Positions 21,001-36,000 of a stretch of DNA of 64,000 nucleotides are shown here, piece after piece. The first letter of the stretch is position 1; every line of letters starts with the position of its first letter. Under the pieces are notes generated by a model. The model saw nothing but the letters and a program-made list of their open reading frames with translations. It had not been told where the DNA came from and did no database searches. The translations under genes and the position numbers were made by a program. The DNA comes from Laetmonice hystrix (lineage: Eukaryota), in contig OZ249436.1 of the NCBI GenBank assembly GCA_965235115.1, forward strand, positions 28,770,001 to 28,834,000. Reading direction: 5' to 3'.

Positions 21001-24000
21001 GAGTGGTTCGGGGTAATGTCTAAGGGCCATTCAGCCATATCATGGGGATTGGGAAGAGGGAGGGTGTTGGCTGAGTGGTTCGGGGCAATGTCTCAGGGCC
21101 AGTCAGCATATCATGGGGATTGGGAAGAGGGAGGGTGTTGGCTGAGTGGTTCAGGGTAATGACTGAGCGCCAGTCAGCCATATCATTGGGATTGGAAAGA
21201 GGGGGGAAGCTGTTGGCTGAGTGGTTAGGGATATCGTCACATGGCCAGTTAGCCATATTATAGGGGTTGGAAATTCGAGTCATCTTATCATCATTTATGA
21301 TCATTGTCATTCCCCATGGGGCCTGGGGAACAATAGGCCCCATTCGTTTCATCACCCTGTGGGAGGGAGTGTGGGGAAGGTGTTGGTTGTGTGGATAGAT
21401 GTAATGTCTGATGGCCAGACAGCCACAGCATGTGGATTGGGAAGGGGATGAGATGTCGGCTAACTTTTTGGAGGGAATGTCTGAAGACCAATTAGTCATG
21501 TCAGGGATTGGGAAGGGGGATATAGGATTGGTTGGAGGTGGTAGTATAGAAGAAAAACGAAAAATAGCCCAAAAAATCAAAAGAGAAAAAAATGAAACAA
21601 AAGTTTGTGGGTAATGGATGTCGCAGTACTGAGATATGTCTGCTGGGTGTTTATATCAAGGTTAATTTGATTTCGCTGTACTGGAGCGTCACTCTGGGTG
21701 GTTGGAGGTGGTAGTATAGAAGAAAAGGGGAAAAATACCAAAAAATCACAAAAGAAAACAATGAAAAAAAGTTTGTGGGTGTTGACACTTCAGATGAAAT
21801 ATCTGCACTGTGTTACGACGCCACCCCAGCAGACATGTAATTCTTGTCTTGTTGTAACTGAATGATGATGAATTTGGTTGAGTGGTTAGAGGTAATGTCT
21901 TAGGGCCAGACAGCCGTATCATGGGGATTAGGAAGAGGGAAGGTGTTGGCTGAGACGTTCGGGATAATGTCGTAAGGCCAGTCGGCCATATCATGGGGAT
22001 TGGGAAGAGGGAGGGTGTTGGCTGAGTGGTTCGGGGTAATGTCTAAGGGCCAGTCAGCCATATCATGGGGATTGGGTAGAGGGAGGGTGTTGGCTGAGTG
22101 GTTCGGGGTACTGTCTAAGGGCCAGTCAGCCATATCATGGGGATTGGAAAGAGGGAGGGTGTTGGCTGAGTGGTTCAGGGTAATGTCTGAGGGACAGTCA
22201 GCCATATCATGGGGATTGGGAAGAGGGAGGGTGTTGGCTGAGTGGTTCGGGGTAATGTCTGAGGGCCAGTCAGCCATATCATGGGGATTGGGAAGAGGGA
22301 GGGTGTTGGCTGAGTGGTTCGGGTAAAGTCTGAGGGCCAGTCAGCTATATCATGGGGATTGGGAAGAGGGAGGGTGTTGGCTGAGTGGTTCGGGGCAATG
22401 TCTGAGGGCCAGTCAGCCATATCATGGGGATAGGGAAGAGGGAGGGTGTTGGCTGAGTGGTTCGGGGTAATGTCTAAGGGCCAGTCAGCCATATCATGGG
22501 GATTGGGTAGAGGAAGGGTGTTGGCTGAGTGGTTCAGGGTAATGACTGAGGGCCAGTCAGCCATATCATGGGGATTGGGAAGAGGGAGGGTGTTGGCTGA
22601 GTGGTTAGGGGTAACATCTGAGGGCCAGTCAACCATATCATTGGGATTGGAAAGAGGGGGGAAGGTGTTGGCTGAGTGGTTAGGGATATCGTCACATGGC
22701 CAGTTAGCCATATTATAGGGGTTGGGAATTCGAGTCATCTTATCATCATTTATGATCATTGTCATTCCCCGTGGGGCCCGGGGAACAATAGGTGCCATCC
22801 GTTTCATCACTATATGGGGGTGAGGGTGGGGAAGGTGTTGGTTGTGTGGTCAGAGGTAATGTCTGAGGGCCAGACAGCCACAGCATGTGGATTGGGAAGG
22901 GGATGAGATGTCGGCTAAGTGTTTGGAGGGAATGTCTGAAGACCAATCAGTCATGTCAGGGATTGGGAAGGGGGATATAGGATTGGTTGGAGGTGGTAGT
23001 ATAGAAGAAAAACGAAAAATAGCCCAAAAAATCAAAAGAGAAAAAAATGAAACAAAAGTTTGTGGGTAATGGATGTCGCAGTACTGAGATATGTCTGCTG
23101 GGTGTTTATATCAAGGTTAATTTGATTTCGCTGTACTGGAGCGTCACTCTGGGTGGTTGGAGGTGGTAGTATAGAAGAAAAGGGGAAAAATACCAAAAAA
23201 TCACAAAAGAAAACAATGAAAAAAAGTTTGTGGGTGTTGACACTTCAGATGAAATATCTGCACTGTGTTACGACGCCACCCCAGCAGACATGTAATTCTT
23301 GTCTTGTTGTAACTGAATGATGATGAATTTGGTTGAGTGGTTAGAGGTAATGTCTTAGGGCCAGACAGCCGTATCATGGGGATTAGGAAGAGGGAAGGTG
23401 TTGGCTGAGACGTTCGGGATAATGTCGTAAGGCCAGTCGGCCATATCATGGGGATTGTGAAGGGATGAAGTTGTTGGCTGAGTGGTTCGGTGTAATGTCT
23501 GAGGGCCAGTCAGCCATATCATGGGGATTGGGAAGAGGGAGGGTGTTGGCTGAGTGGTTCGGGGTAATGTCTGAGGGACAGTCAGCCATATCATGGGGAT
23601 TGGGAAGGGGGAGGGTGTTGGCTGAGTGGTTCGGGGTAATGTCTAAGGGCAGTCAGCCATATCATGGGGATTGGGAAGAGGGAGGGTGTTGGCTGAGTGG
23701 TTTGGGGTAATGTCTAAGGGCCAGTCAGCCATATCATGGGGATTGGGAAGAGGGAGGGTGTTGGCTGAGTGGTTCGGGGTAATGTCTAAGGGCCAGTCAG
23801 CCATATCATGGGGATTGGGTAGAGGGAGGGTGTTGGCTGAGTGGTTCGGGGTACTGTCTAAGGGCCAGTCAGCCATATCATGGGGATTGGAAAGAGGGAG
23901 GGTGTTGGCTGAGTGGTTCAGGGTAATGTCTGAGGGACAGTCAGCCATATCATGGGGATTGGGAAGAGGGAGGGTGTTGGCTGAGTGGTTCGGGGTAATG

Positions 24001-27000
24001 TCTGAGGGCCAGTCAGCCATATCATGGGGATTGGGAAGAGGGAGGGTGTTGGCTGAGTGGTTCAGGTAAAGTCTGAGGGCCAGTCAGCTATATCATGGGG
24101 ATTGGGAAGAGGGAGGGTGTTGGCTGAGTGGTTCGGGGCAATGTCTGAGGGCCAGTCAGCCATATCATGGGGATAGGGAAGAGGGAGGGTGTTGGCTGAG
24201 TGGTTCGGGGTAATGTCTAAGGGCCAGTCAGCCATATCATGGGGATTGGGTAGAGGAAGGGTGTTGGCTGAGTGGTTCAGGGTAATGACTGAGGGCCAGT
24301 CAGCCATATCATGGGGATTGGGAAGAGGGAGGGTGTTGGCTGAGTGGTTAGGGGTAACATCTGAGGGCCAGTCAACCATATCATTGGGATTGGAAAGAGG
24401 GGGGAAGGTGTTGGCTGAGTGGTTAGGGATATCGTCACATGGCCAGTTAGCCATATTATAGGGGTTGGGAATTCGAGTCATCTTATCATCATTTATGATC
24501 ATTGTCATTCCCCGTGGGGCCCGGGGAACAATAGGCCCCATTCGTTTCATCACCCTGTGGGAGTGAGTGTGGGGAAGGTGTTAGTTGTGTGGTTAGATGT
24601 AATGTCTGATGGCCAGACAGCCACAGCATGTGGATTGGGAAGGGGATGAGATGTCGGCTAAGTGTTTGGAGGGAATGTCTGAAGACCAATCAGTCATGTC
24701 AGGGATTGGGAAGGGGGATATAGTATTGGTTGGAGGTGGTAGTATAGAAGAAAAACGAAAAATAGCCAAAAAAATCAAAAGAGAAAAAAATGAAACAAAA
24801 GTTTGTGGGTAATGGATGTCGCAGTACTGAGGTATGTCTGCTGGGTGTTTATATCAAGGTTAATTTGATTTCGCTGTACTGGAGCGTCACTCTGGGTGGT
24901 TGGAGGTGGTAGTATAGAAGAAAAGGGGAAAAATACCAAAAAATCACAAAAGAAAACAATGAAAAAAAGTTTGTGGGTGTTGACCCTTTAGATGAAATAT
25001 CTGCACTGTGTTACGACGCCACCCCTGCACACATGTAATTCTTGTCTTGTTGTAACTGAATGACTATAGTAAAAATCAACAATGATGAATTTGGTTGAGT
25101 GGTTAGAGGTAATGTCTTAGGGCCAGACAGCCGTATCATGGGGATTAGGAAGAGGGAAGGTGATGGCTGAGTCGTTCGGGATAATGTCTTAAGGCCAGTC
25201 GGCCATATCATGGGGATTGTGAAGGGATGAAGTTGTTGGCTGAGTGGTTCGGTGTAATGTCTGAGGGCCAGTCAGCCATATCATGGGGATTGGGAAGAGG
25301 GAGGGTGTTGGCTGAGTGGTTCGGGGTAATGTCTGAGGGACAGTCAGCCATATCATGGGGATTGGGAAGGGGGAGGGTGTTGGCTGAGTGGTTCGGGGTA
25401 ATGTCTAAGGGCAGTCAGCCATATCATGGGGATTGGGAAGAGGGAGGGTGTTGGCTGAGTGGTTTGGGGTAATGTCTAAGGGCCAGTCAGCCATATCATG
25501 GGGATTGGGTAGAGGGAGGGTGTTGGCTGAGTGGTTCGGGGTAATGTCTAAGGGCCAGTCAGCCATATCATGGGGATTGGGAAGAGGGAGGGTGTTGGCT
25601 GAGTGGTTCGGGTAAAGTCTGAGGGCCAGTCAGCCATATCATGGGGATTGGGAAGGGGGAGGGTGTTGGCTGAGTGGTTCGAGGTAATGTCTGAGGGACA
25701 GTCAGCCATATCATGGGGATTGGGAAGAGGGAAGGGCCAGTCAGCCATATCATGGGGATTGGGAAGAGGGAGGGTGTTGGCTGAGTGGTTCGAGGTAATG
25801 GGTAAGGGCCAGTCAGCCATATCATGGGGATTGGGAAGAGGGAGGCTGTTGACTGAGTGGTTCGGGGTAATGTCTAAGGGCCAGTCAGCCATATCATGGG
25901 GATTGGGAAGAGGGGGGTGTTGGCTGAGTGGTTCAGGGTAATGTCTAAGGGCCAGTCAGCCATATCATGGGAATTGGGAAGAGGGAGGGTGTTGGCTGAG
26001 TGGTTCGGGGCATTGTCTAAGGGCCAGTCAGCCATATCATGGGGATAGGGAAGAGGGAGGGTGTTGGCTGAGTGGTTCGGGGTAATGTCTGAGGGCGAGT
26101 CAGCCATATCATGGGGATTGGGAAGAGGGAGGGTGTTGGCTGAGTGGTTCGGGGTAATGTCTGAGGGACAGTAAGCCATATCATGGGGATTGGGAAGGGG
26201 GAAGGGTATTGGCTAAGTGGTTCGGGGTAATGTCTAAGGGCCAGTCAGCCATATCATGGGGATTGGGAAGAGGGAGGGTGTTGGCTAAGTGGTTTGGGGT
26301 AATGTCTAAGGGCCAGTCAGCCATATCATGGGGATTGGGAAGAGGGAGGGTGTTGGCTGAGTGGTTCGGGGTAATGTCTAAGGGCCAGTCAGCCATATCA
26401 TTTGGATTGGGAAGAGGGAGGGTGTTGGCTGAGTGGTTCGGGGTAATGTCTGAGGGACAGTCAGCCATATCATGGGGATTGGGAAGAGGGAGGGTGTTGG
26501 CTGAGTGGTTCGGGGTAATGTCTTGAGGGCCAGTCAGCCATATAATGGGGATTGGGAAGAGGGAGGGTGTTGGCTGAGTGGTTCGGGGTAATGTCTAAGG
26601 GCCATTCAGCCATATCATGGGGATTGGGAAGAGGGAGGGTGTTGGCTGAGTGGTTCGGGGCAATGTCTCAGGGCCAGTCAGCATATCATGGGGATTGGGA
26701 AGAGGGAGGGTGTTGGCTGAGTGGTTCAGGGTAATGACTGAGCGCCAGTCAGCCATATCATTGGGATTGGAAAGAGGGGGGAAGCTGTTGGCTGAGTGGT
26801 TAGGGATATCGTCACATGGCCAGTTAGCCATATTATAGGGGTTGGAAATTCGAGTCATCTTATCATCATTTATGATCATTGTCATTCCCCATGGGGCCTG
26901 GGGAACAATAGGCCCCATTCGTTTCATCACCCTGTGGGAGGGAGTGTGGGGAAGGTGTTGGTTGTGTGGATAGATGTAATGTCTGATGGCCAGACAGCCA

Positions 27001-30000
27001 CAGCATGTGGATTGGGAAGGGGATGAGATGTCGGCTAACTTTTTGGAGGGAATGTCTGAAGACCAATTAGTCATGTCAGGGATTGGGAAGGGGGATATAG
27101 GATTGGTTGGAGGTGGTAGTATAGAAGAAAAACGAAAAATAGCCCAAAAAATCAAAAGAGAAAAAAATGAAACAAAAGTTTGTGGGTAATGGATGTCGCA
27201 GTACTGATATATGTCTGCTGGGTGTTTATATCAAGGTTAATTTGATTTCGCTGTACTGGAGCGTCACTCTGGGTGGTTGGAGGTGGTAGTATAGAAGAAA
27301 AGGGGAAAAATACCAAAAAATCACAAAAGAAAACAATGAAAAAAAGTTTGTGGGTGTTGACACTTCAGATGAAATATCTGCACTGTGTTACGACGCCACC
27401 CCAGCAGACATGTAATTCTTGTCTTGTTGTAACTGAATGATGATGAATTTGGTTGAGTGGTTAGAGGTAATGTCTTAGGGCCAGACAGCCGTATCATGGG
27501 GATTAGGAAGAGGGAAGGTGTTGGCTGAGACGTTCGGGATAATGTCGTAAGGCCAGTCGGCCATATCATGGGGATTGTGAAGGGATGAAGTTGTAGGCTG
27601 AGTGGTTCGGTGTAATGTCTGAGGGCCAGTCAGCCATATCATGGGGATTGGGAAGAGGGAGGGTGTTGGCTGAGTGGTTCGGGGTAATGTCTGAGGGACA
27701 GTCAGCCATATCATGGGGATTGGGAAGGGGGAGGGTGTTGGCTGAGTGGTTCGGGGTAATGTCTAAGGGCAGTCAGCCATATCATGGGGATTGGGAAGAC
27801 GGAGGGTGTTGGCTGAGTGGTTTGGGGTAATGTCTAAGGGCCAGTCAGCCATATCATGGGGATTGGGAAGAGGGAGGGTGTTGGCTGAGTGGTTCGGGGT
27901 AATGTCTAAGGGCCAGTCAGCCATATCATGGGGATTGGGTAGAGGGAGGGTGTTGGCTGAGTGGTTCGGGGTACTGTCTAAGGGCCAGTCAGCCATATCA
28001 TGGGGATTGGAAAGAGGGAGGGTGTTGGCTGAGTGGTTCAGGGTAATGTCTGAGGGACAGTCAGCCATATCATGGGGATTGGGAAGAGGGAGGGTGTTGG
28101 CTGAGTGGTTCGGGGTAATGTCTGAGGGCCAGTCAGCCATATCATGGGGATTGGGAAGAGGGAGGGTGTTGGCTGAGTGGTTCGGGTAAAGTCTGAGGGC
28201 CAGTCAGCTATATCATGGGGATTGGGAAGAGGGAGGGTGTTGGCTGAGTGGTTCGGGGCAATGTCTGAGGGCCAGTCAGCCATATCATGGGGATAGGGAA
28301 GAGGGAGGGTGTTGGCTGAGTGGTTCGGGGTAATGTCTAAGGGCCAGTCAGCCATATCATGGGGATTGGGTAGAGGAAGGGTGTTGGCTGAGTGGTTCAG
28401 GGTAATGACTGAGGGCCAGTCAGCCATATCATGGGGATTGGGAAGAGGGAGGGTGTTGGCTGAGTGGTTAGGGGTAACATCTGAGGGCCAGTCAACCATA
28501 TCATTGGGATTGGAAAGAGGGGGGAAGGTGTTGGCTGAGTGGTTAGGGATATCGTCACATGGCCAGTTAGCCATATTATAGGGGTTGGGAATTCGAGTCA
28601 TCTTATCATCATTTATGATCATTGTCATTCCCCGTGGGGCCCGGGGAACAATAGGCCCCATTCGTTTCATCACCCTGTGGGAGTGAGTGTGGGGAAGGTG
28701 TTAGTTGTGTGGTTAGATGTAATGTCTGATGGCCAGACAGCCACAGCATGTGGATTGGGAAGGGGATGAGATGTCGGCTAAGTGTTTGGAGGGAATGTCT
28801 GAAGACCAATCAGTCATGTCAGGGATTGGGAAGGGGGATATAGTATTGGTTGGAGGTGGTAGTATAGAAGAAAAACGAAAAATAGCCAAAAAAATCAAAA
28901 GAGAAAAAAATGAAACAAAAGTTTGTGGGTAATGGATGTCGCAGTACTGAGGTATGTCTGCTGGGTGTTTATATCAAGGTTAATTTGATTTCGCTGTACT
29001 GGAGCGTCACTCTGGGTGGTTGGAGGTGGTAGTATAGAAGAAAAGGGGAAAAATACCAAAAAATCACAAAAGAAAACAATGAAAAAAAGTTTGTGGGTGT
29101 TGACCCTTCAGATGAAATATCTGCACTGTGTTACGACGCCACCCCTGCACACATGTAATTCTTGTCTTGTTGTAACTGAATGACTATAGTAAAAATCAAC
29201 AATGATGAATTTGGTTGAGTGGTTAGAGGTAATGTCTTAGGGCCAGACAGCCGTATCATGGGGATTAGGAAGAGGGAAGGTGATGGCTGAGTCGTTCGGG
29301 ATAATGTCTTAAGGCCAGTCGGCCATATCATGGGGATTGTGAAGGGATGAAGTTGTTGGCTGAGTGGTTCGGTGTAATGTCTGAGGGCCAGTCAGCCATA
29401 TCATGGGGATTGGGAAGAGGGAGGGTGTTGGCTGAGTGGTTCGGGGTAATGTCTGAGGGACAGTCAGCCATATCATGGGGATTGGGAAGGGGGAGGGTGT
29501 TGGCTGAGTGGTTCGGGGTAATGTCTAAGGGCAGTCAGCCATATCATGGGGATTGGGAAGAGGGAGGGTGTTGGCTGAGTGGTTTGGGGTAATGTCTAAG
29601 GGCCAGTCAGCCATATCATGGGGATTGGGTAGAGGGAGGGTGTTGGCTGAGTGGTTCGGGGTAATGTCTAAGGGCCAGTCAGCCATATCATGGGGATTGG
29701 GAAGAGGGAGGGTGTTGGCTGAGTGGTTCGGGTAAAGTCTGAGGGCCAGTCAGCCATATCATGGGGATTGGGAAGGGGGAGGGTGTTGGCTGAGTGGTTC
29801 GGGGTAATGTCTAAGGGACAGTCAGCCATATCATGGGGATTGGGAAGAGGGAGGGTGTTGGCTGAGTGGTTCGGGGTAATGTCTGAGGGCCAGTCAGCCA
29901 TATCATGGGGATTGGGAAGAGGGAGGGTGTTGGCTGAGTGGTTCAGGGTAATGTCTAAGGGCCAGTCAGCCATATCATGGGGATTGGGAAGAGGGAGGGT

Positions 30001-33000
30001 GTTGGCTGAGTGGTTCAGGGTAATGTCTAAGGGCCAGTCAGCCATATCATGGGGATTGGGTAGAGGGAGGGTGTTGGCTGAGTGGTTCGGGGTAATGTCT
30101 AAGGGCCAGTCAGCCATATCATGGGGATTGGGAAGAGGGAGGGTGTTGGCTGAGTGGTTCGGGTAAAGTCTGAGGGCCAGTCAGCCATATCATGGGGATT
30201 GGGAAGGGGGAGGGTGTTGGCTGAGTGGTTCGGGGTAATGTCTGAGGGCCAGTCAGCCATATCATGGGGATTGGGAAGAGGGAGGCTGTTGACTGAGTGG
30301 TTCGGGGTAATGTCTAAGGGCCAGTCAGCCATATCATGGGGATTGGGAAGAGGGAGGGTGTTGGCTGAGTGGTTCGGGGCAATGTCTGAGGGCCAGTCAG
30401 CCATATCATGGGGATAGGGAAGAGGGAGGGTGTTGGCTGAGTGGTTCGGGGTAATGTCTAAGGGCCAGTCAGCCATATCATGGGGATTGGGTAGAGGAAG
30501 GGTGTTGGCTGAGTGGTTCAGGGTAATGACTGAGGGCCAGTCAGCCATATCATGGGGATTGGGAAGAGGGAGGGTGTTGGCTGAGTGGTTAGGGGTAACA
30601 TCTGAGGGCCAGTCAACCATATCATTGGGATTGGAAAGAGGGGGGAAGGTGTTGGCTGAGTGGTTAGGGATATCGTCACATGGCCAGTTAGCCATATTAT
30701 AGGGGTTGGGAATTCGAGTCATCTTATCATCATTTATGATCATTGTCATTCCCCGTGGGGCCCGGGGAACAATAGGCCCCATTCGTTTCATCACCCTGTG
30801 GGAGTGAGTGTGGGGAAGGTGTTAGTTGTGTGGTTAGATGTAATGTCTGATGGCCAGACAGCCACAGCATGTGGATTGGGAAGGGGATGAGATGTCGGCT
30901 AAGTGTTTGGAGGGAATGTCTGAAGACCAATCAGTCATGTCAGGGATTGGGAAGGGGGATATAGTATTGGTTGGAGGTGGTAGTATAGAAGAAAAACGAA
31001 AAATAGCCAAAAAAATCAAAAGAGAAAAAAATGAAACAAAAGTTTGTGGGTAATGGATGTCGCAGTACTGAGGTATGTCTGCTGGGTGTTTATATCAAGG
31101 TTAATTTGATTTCGCTGTACTGGAGCGTCACTCTGGGTGGTTGGAGGTGGTAGTATAGAAGAAAAGGGGAAAAATACCAAAAAATCACAAAAGAAAACAA
31201 TGAAAAAAAGTTTGTGGGTGTTGACCCTTCAGATGAAATATCTGCACTGTGTTACGACGCCACCCCTGCACACATGTAATTCTTGTCTTGTTGTAACTGA
31301 ATGACTATAGTAAAAATCAACAATGATGAATTTGGTTGAGTGGTTAGAGGTAATGTCTTAGGGCCAGACAGCCGTATCATGGGGATTAGGAAGAGGGAAG
31401 GTGATGGCTGAGTCGTTCGGGATAATGTCTTAAGGCCAGTCGGCCATATCATGGGGATTGTGAAGGGATGAAGTTGTTGGCTGAGTGGTTCGGTGTAATG
31501 TCTGAGGGCCAGTCAGCCATATCATGGGGATTGGGAAGAGGGAGGGTGTTGGCTGAGTGGTTCGGGGTAATGTCTGAGGGACAGTCAGCCATATCATGGG
31601 GATTGGGAAGGGGGAGGGTGTTGGCTGAGTGGTTCGGGGTAATGTCTAAGGGCAGTCAGCCATATCATGGGGATTGGGAAGAGGGAGGGTGTTGGCTGAG
31701 TGGTTTGGGGTAATGTCTAAGGGCCAGTCAGCCATATCATGGGGATTGGGTAGAGGGAGGGTGTTGGCTGAGTGGTTCGGGGTAATGTCTAAGGGCCAGT
31801 CAGCCATATCATGGGGATTGGGAAGAGGGAGGGTGTTGGCTGAGTGGTTCGGGTAAAGTCTGAGGGCCAGTCAGCCATATCATGGGGATTGGGAAGGGGG
31901 AGGGTGTTGGCTGAGTGGTTCGGGGTAATGTCTAAGGGACAGTCAGCCATATCATGGGGATTGGGAAGAGGGAGGGTGTTGGCTGAGTGGTTCGGGGTAA
32001 TGTCTGAGGGCCAGTCAGCCATATCATGGGGATTGGGAAGAGGGAGGGTGTTGGCTGAGTGGTTCAGGGTAATGTCTAAGGGCCAGTCAGCCATATCATG
32101 GGGATTGGGAAGAGGGAGGGTGTTGGCTGAGTGGTTCAGGGTAATGTCTAAGGGCCAGTCAGCCATATCATGGGGATTGGGTAGAGGGAGGGTGTTGGCT
32201 GAGTGGTTCGGGGTAATGTCTAAGGGCCAGTCAGCCATATCATGGGGATTGGGAAGAGGGAGGGTGTTGGCTGAGTGGTTCGGGTAAAGTCTGAGGGCCA
32301 GTCAGCCATATCATGGGGATTGGGAAGGGGGAGGGTGTTGGCTGAGTGGTTCGGGGTAATGGGTAAGGGCCAGTCAGCCATATCATGGGGATTGGGAAGA
32401 GGGAGGCTGTTGACTGAGTGGTTCGGGGTAATGTCTAAGGGCCAGTCAGCCATATCATGGGGATTGGGAAGAGGGAGGGTGTTGGCTGAGTGGTTCGGGG
32501 CAATGTCTGAGGGCCAGTCAGCCATATCATGGGGATAGGGAAGAGGGAGGGTGTTGGCTGAGTGGTTCGGGGTAATGTCTAAGGGCCAGTCAGCCATATC
32601 ATGGGGATTGGGTAGAGGAAGGGTGTTGGCTGAGTGGTTCAGGGTAATGACTGAGGGCCAGTCAGCCATATCATGGGGATTGGGAAGAGGGAGGGTGTTG
32701 GCTGAGTGGTTAGGGGTAACATCTGAGGGCCAGTCAACCATATCATTGGGATTGGAAAGAGGGGGGAAGGTGTTGGCTGAGTGGTTAGGGATATCGTCAC
32801 ATGGCCAGTTAGCCATATTATAGGGGTTGGGAATTCGAGTCATCTTATCATCATTTATGATCATTGTCATTCCCCGTGGGGCCCGGGGAACAATAGGCCC
32901 CATTCGTTTCATCACCCTGTGGGAGTGAGTGTGGGGAAGGTGTTAGTTGTGTGGTTAGATGTAATGTCTGATGGCCAGACAGCCACAGCATGTGGATTGG

Positions 33001-36000
33001 GAAGGGGATGAGATGTCGGCTAAGTGTTTGGAGGGAATGTCTGAAGACCAATCAGTCATGTCAGGGATTGGGAAGGGGGATATAGTATTGGTTGGAGGTG
33101 GTAGTATAGAAGAAAAACGAAAAATAGCCAAAAAAATCAAAAGAGAAAAAAATGAAACAAAAGTTTGTGGGTAATGGATGTCGCAGTACTGAGGTATGTC
33201 TGCTGGGTGTTTATATCAAGGTTAATTTGATTTCGCTGTACTGGAGCGTCACTCTGGGTGGTTGGAGGTGGTAGTATAGAAGAAAAGGGGAAAAATACCA
33301 AAAAATCACAAAAGAAAACAATGAAAAAAAGTTTGTGGGTGTTGACCCTTCAGATGAAATATCTGCACTGTGTTACGACGCCACCCCTGCACACATGTAA
33401 TTCTTGTCTTGTTGTAACTGAATGACTATAGTAAAAATCAACAATGATGAATTTGGTTGAGTGGTTAGAGGTAATGTCTTAGGGCCAGACAGCCGTATCA
33501 TGGGGATTAGGAAGAGGGAAGGTGATGGCTGAGTCGTTCGGGATAATGTCTTAAGGCCAGTCGGCCATATCATGGGGATTGTGAAGGGATGAAGTTGTTG
33601 GCTGAGTGGTTCGGTGTAATGTCTGAGGGCCAGTCAGCCATATCATGGGGATTGGGAAGAGGGAGGGTGTTGGCTGAGTGGTTCGGGGTAATGTCTGAGG
33701 GACAGTCAGCCATATCATGGGGATTGGGAAGGGGGAGGGTGTTGGCTGAGTGGTTCGGGGTAATGTCTAAGGGCAGTCAGCCATATCATGGGGATTGGGA
33801 AGAGGGAGGGTGTTGGCTGAGTGGTTTGGGGTAATGTCTAAGGGCCAGTCAGCCATATCATGGGGATTGGGTAGAGGGAGGGTGTTGGCTGAGTGGTTCG
33901 GGGTAATGTCTAAGGGCCAGTCAGCCATATCATGGGGATTGGGAAGAGGGAGGGTGTTGGCTGAGTGGTTCGGGTAAAGTCTGAGGGCCAGTCAGCCATA
34001 TCATGGGGATTGGGAAGGGGGAGGGTGTTGGCTGAGTGGTTCGGGGTAATGTCTAAGGGACAGTCAGCCATATCATGGGGATTGGGAAGAGGGAGGGTGT
34101 TGGCTGAGTGGTTCGGGGTAATGTCTGAGGGCCAGTCAGCCATATCATGGGGATTGGGAAGAGGGAGGGTGTTGGCTGAGTGGTTCAGGGTAATGTCTAA
34201 GGGCCAGTCAGCCATATCATGGGGATTGGGAAGAGGGAGGGTGTTGGCTGAGTGGTTCAGGGTAATGTCTAAGGGCCAGTCAGCCATATCATGGGGATTG
34301 GGTAGAGGGAGGGTGTTGGCTGAGTGGTTCGGGGTAATGTCTAAGGGCCAGTCAGCCATATCATGGGGATTGGGAAGAGGGAGGGTGTTGGCTGAGTGGT
34401 TCGGGTAAAGTCTGAGGGCCAGTCAGCCATATCATGGGGATTGGGAAGGGGGAGGGTGTTGGCTGAGTGGTTCGGGGTAATGGGTAAGGGCCAGTCAGCC
34501 ATATCATGGGGATTGGGAAGAGGGAGGCTGTTGACTGAGTGGTTCGGGGTAATGTCTAAGGGCCAGTCAGCCATATCATGGGGATTGGGAAGAGGGAGGG
34601 TGTTGGCTGAGTGGTTCAGGGTAATGTCTAAGGGCCAGTCAGCCATACCATGGGGATTGGGAAGAGGGAGGGTGTTGGCTGAGTGGTTCAGGGTAATGTC
34701 TAAGGGCCAGTCAGCCATATCATGGGGATTGGAAAGAGGGAGGGTGTTGGCTGAGTGGTTCAGGGTAATGTCTGAGGGACAGTCAGCCATATCATGGGGA
34801 TTGGGAAGAGGGAGGGTGTTGGCTGAGTGGTTCGGGGTAATGTCTGAGGGCCAGTCAGCCATATCATGGGGATTGGGAAGAGGGAGGGTGTTGGCTGAGT
34901 GGTTCGGGTAAAGTCTGAGGGCCAGTCAGCTATATCATGGGGATTGGGAAGAGGGAGGGTGTTGGCTGAGTGGTTCGGGGCAATGCTGAGGGCCAGTCAG
35001 CCATATCATGGGGATAGGGAAGAGGGAGGGTGTTGGCTGAGTGGTTCGGGGTAATGTCTAAGGGCCAGTCAGCCATATCATTGGGATTGGAAAGAGGGGG
35101 GAAGGTGTTGGCTGAGTGGTTAGGGATATCGTCACATGGCCAGTTAGCCATATTATAGGGGTTGGGAATTCGAGTCATCTTATCATCATTTATGATCATT
35201 GTCATTCCCCGTGGGGCCCGGGGAACAATAGGCCCCATTCGTTTCATCACCCTGTGGGAGTGAGTGTGGGGAAGGTGTTGGTTGTGTGGTTAGATGTAAT
35301 GTCTGATGGCCAGACAGCCACAGCATGTGGATTGGGAAGGGGATGAGATGTCGGCTAAGTGTTTGGAGGGAATGTCTGAAGACCAATCAGTCATGTCAGG
35401 GATTGGGAAGGGGGATATAGGATTGGTTGGAGGTGGTAGTATAGAAGAAAAACGAAAAATAGCCCAAAAAATCAAAAGAGAAAAAAATGAAACAAAAGTT
35501 TGTGGGTAATGGATGTCGCAGTACTGAGATATGTCTGCTGGGTGTTTATATCAAGGTTAATTTGATTTCGCTGTACTGGAGCGTCACTCTGGGTGGTTGG
35601 AGGTGGTAGTATAGAAGAAAAGGGGAAAAATACCAAAAAATCACAAAAGAAAACAATGAAAAAAAGTTTGTGGGTGTTGACACTTCAGATGAAATATCTG
35701 CACTGTGTTACGACGCCACCCCAGCAGACATGTAATTCTTGTCTTGTTGTAACTGAATGATGATGAATTTGGTTGAGTGGTTAGAGGTAATGTCTTAGGG
35801 CCAGACAGCCGTATCATGGGGATTAGGAAGAGGGAAGGTGTTGGCTGAGACGTTCGGGATAATGTCGTAAGGCCAGTCGGCCATATCATGGGGATTGTGA
35901 AGGGATGAAGTTGTTGGCTGAGTGGTTCGGTGTAATGTCTGAGGGCCAGTCAGCCATATCATGGGGATTGGGAAGAGGGAGGGTGTTGGCTGAGTGGTTC

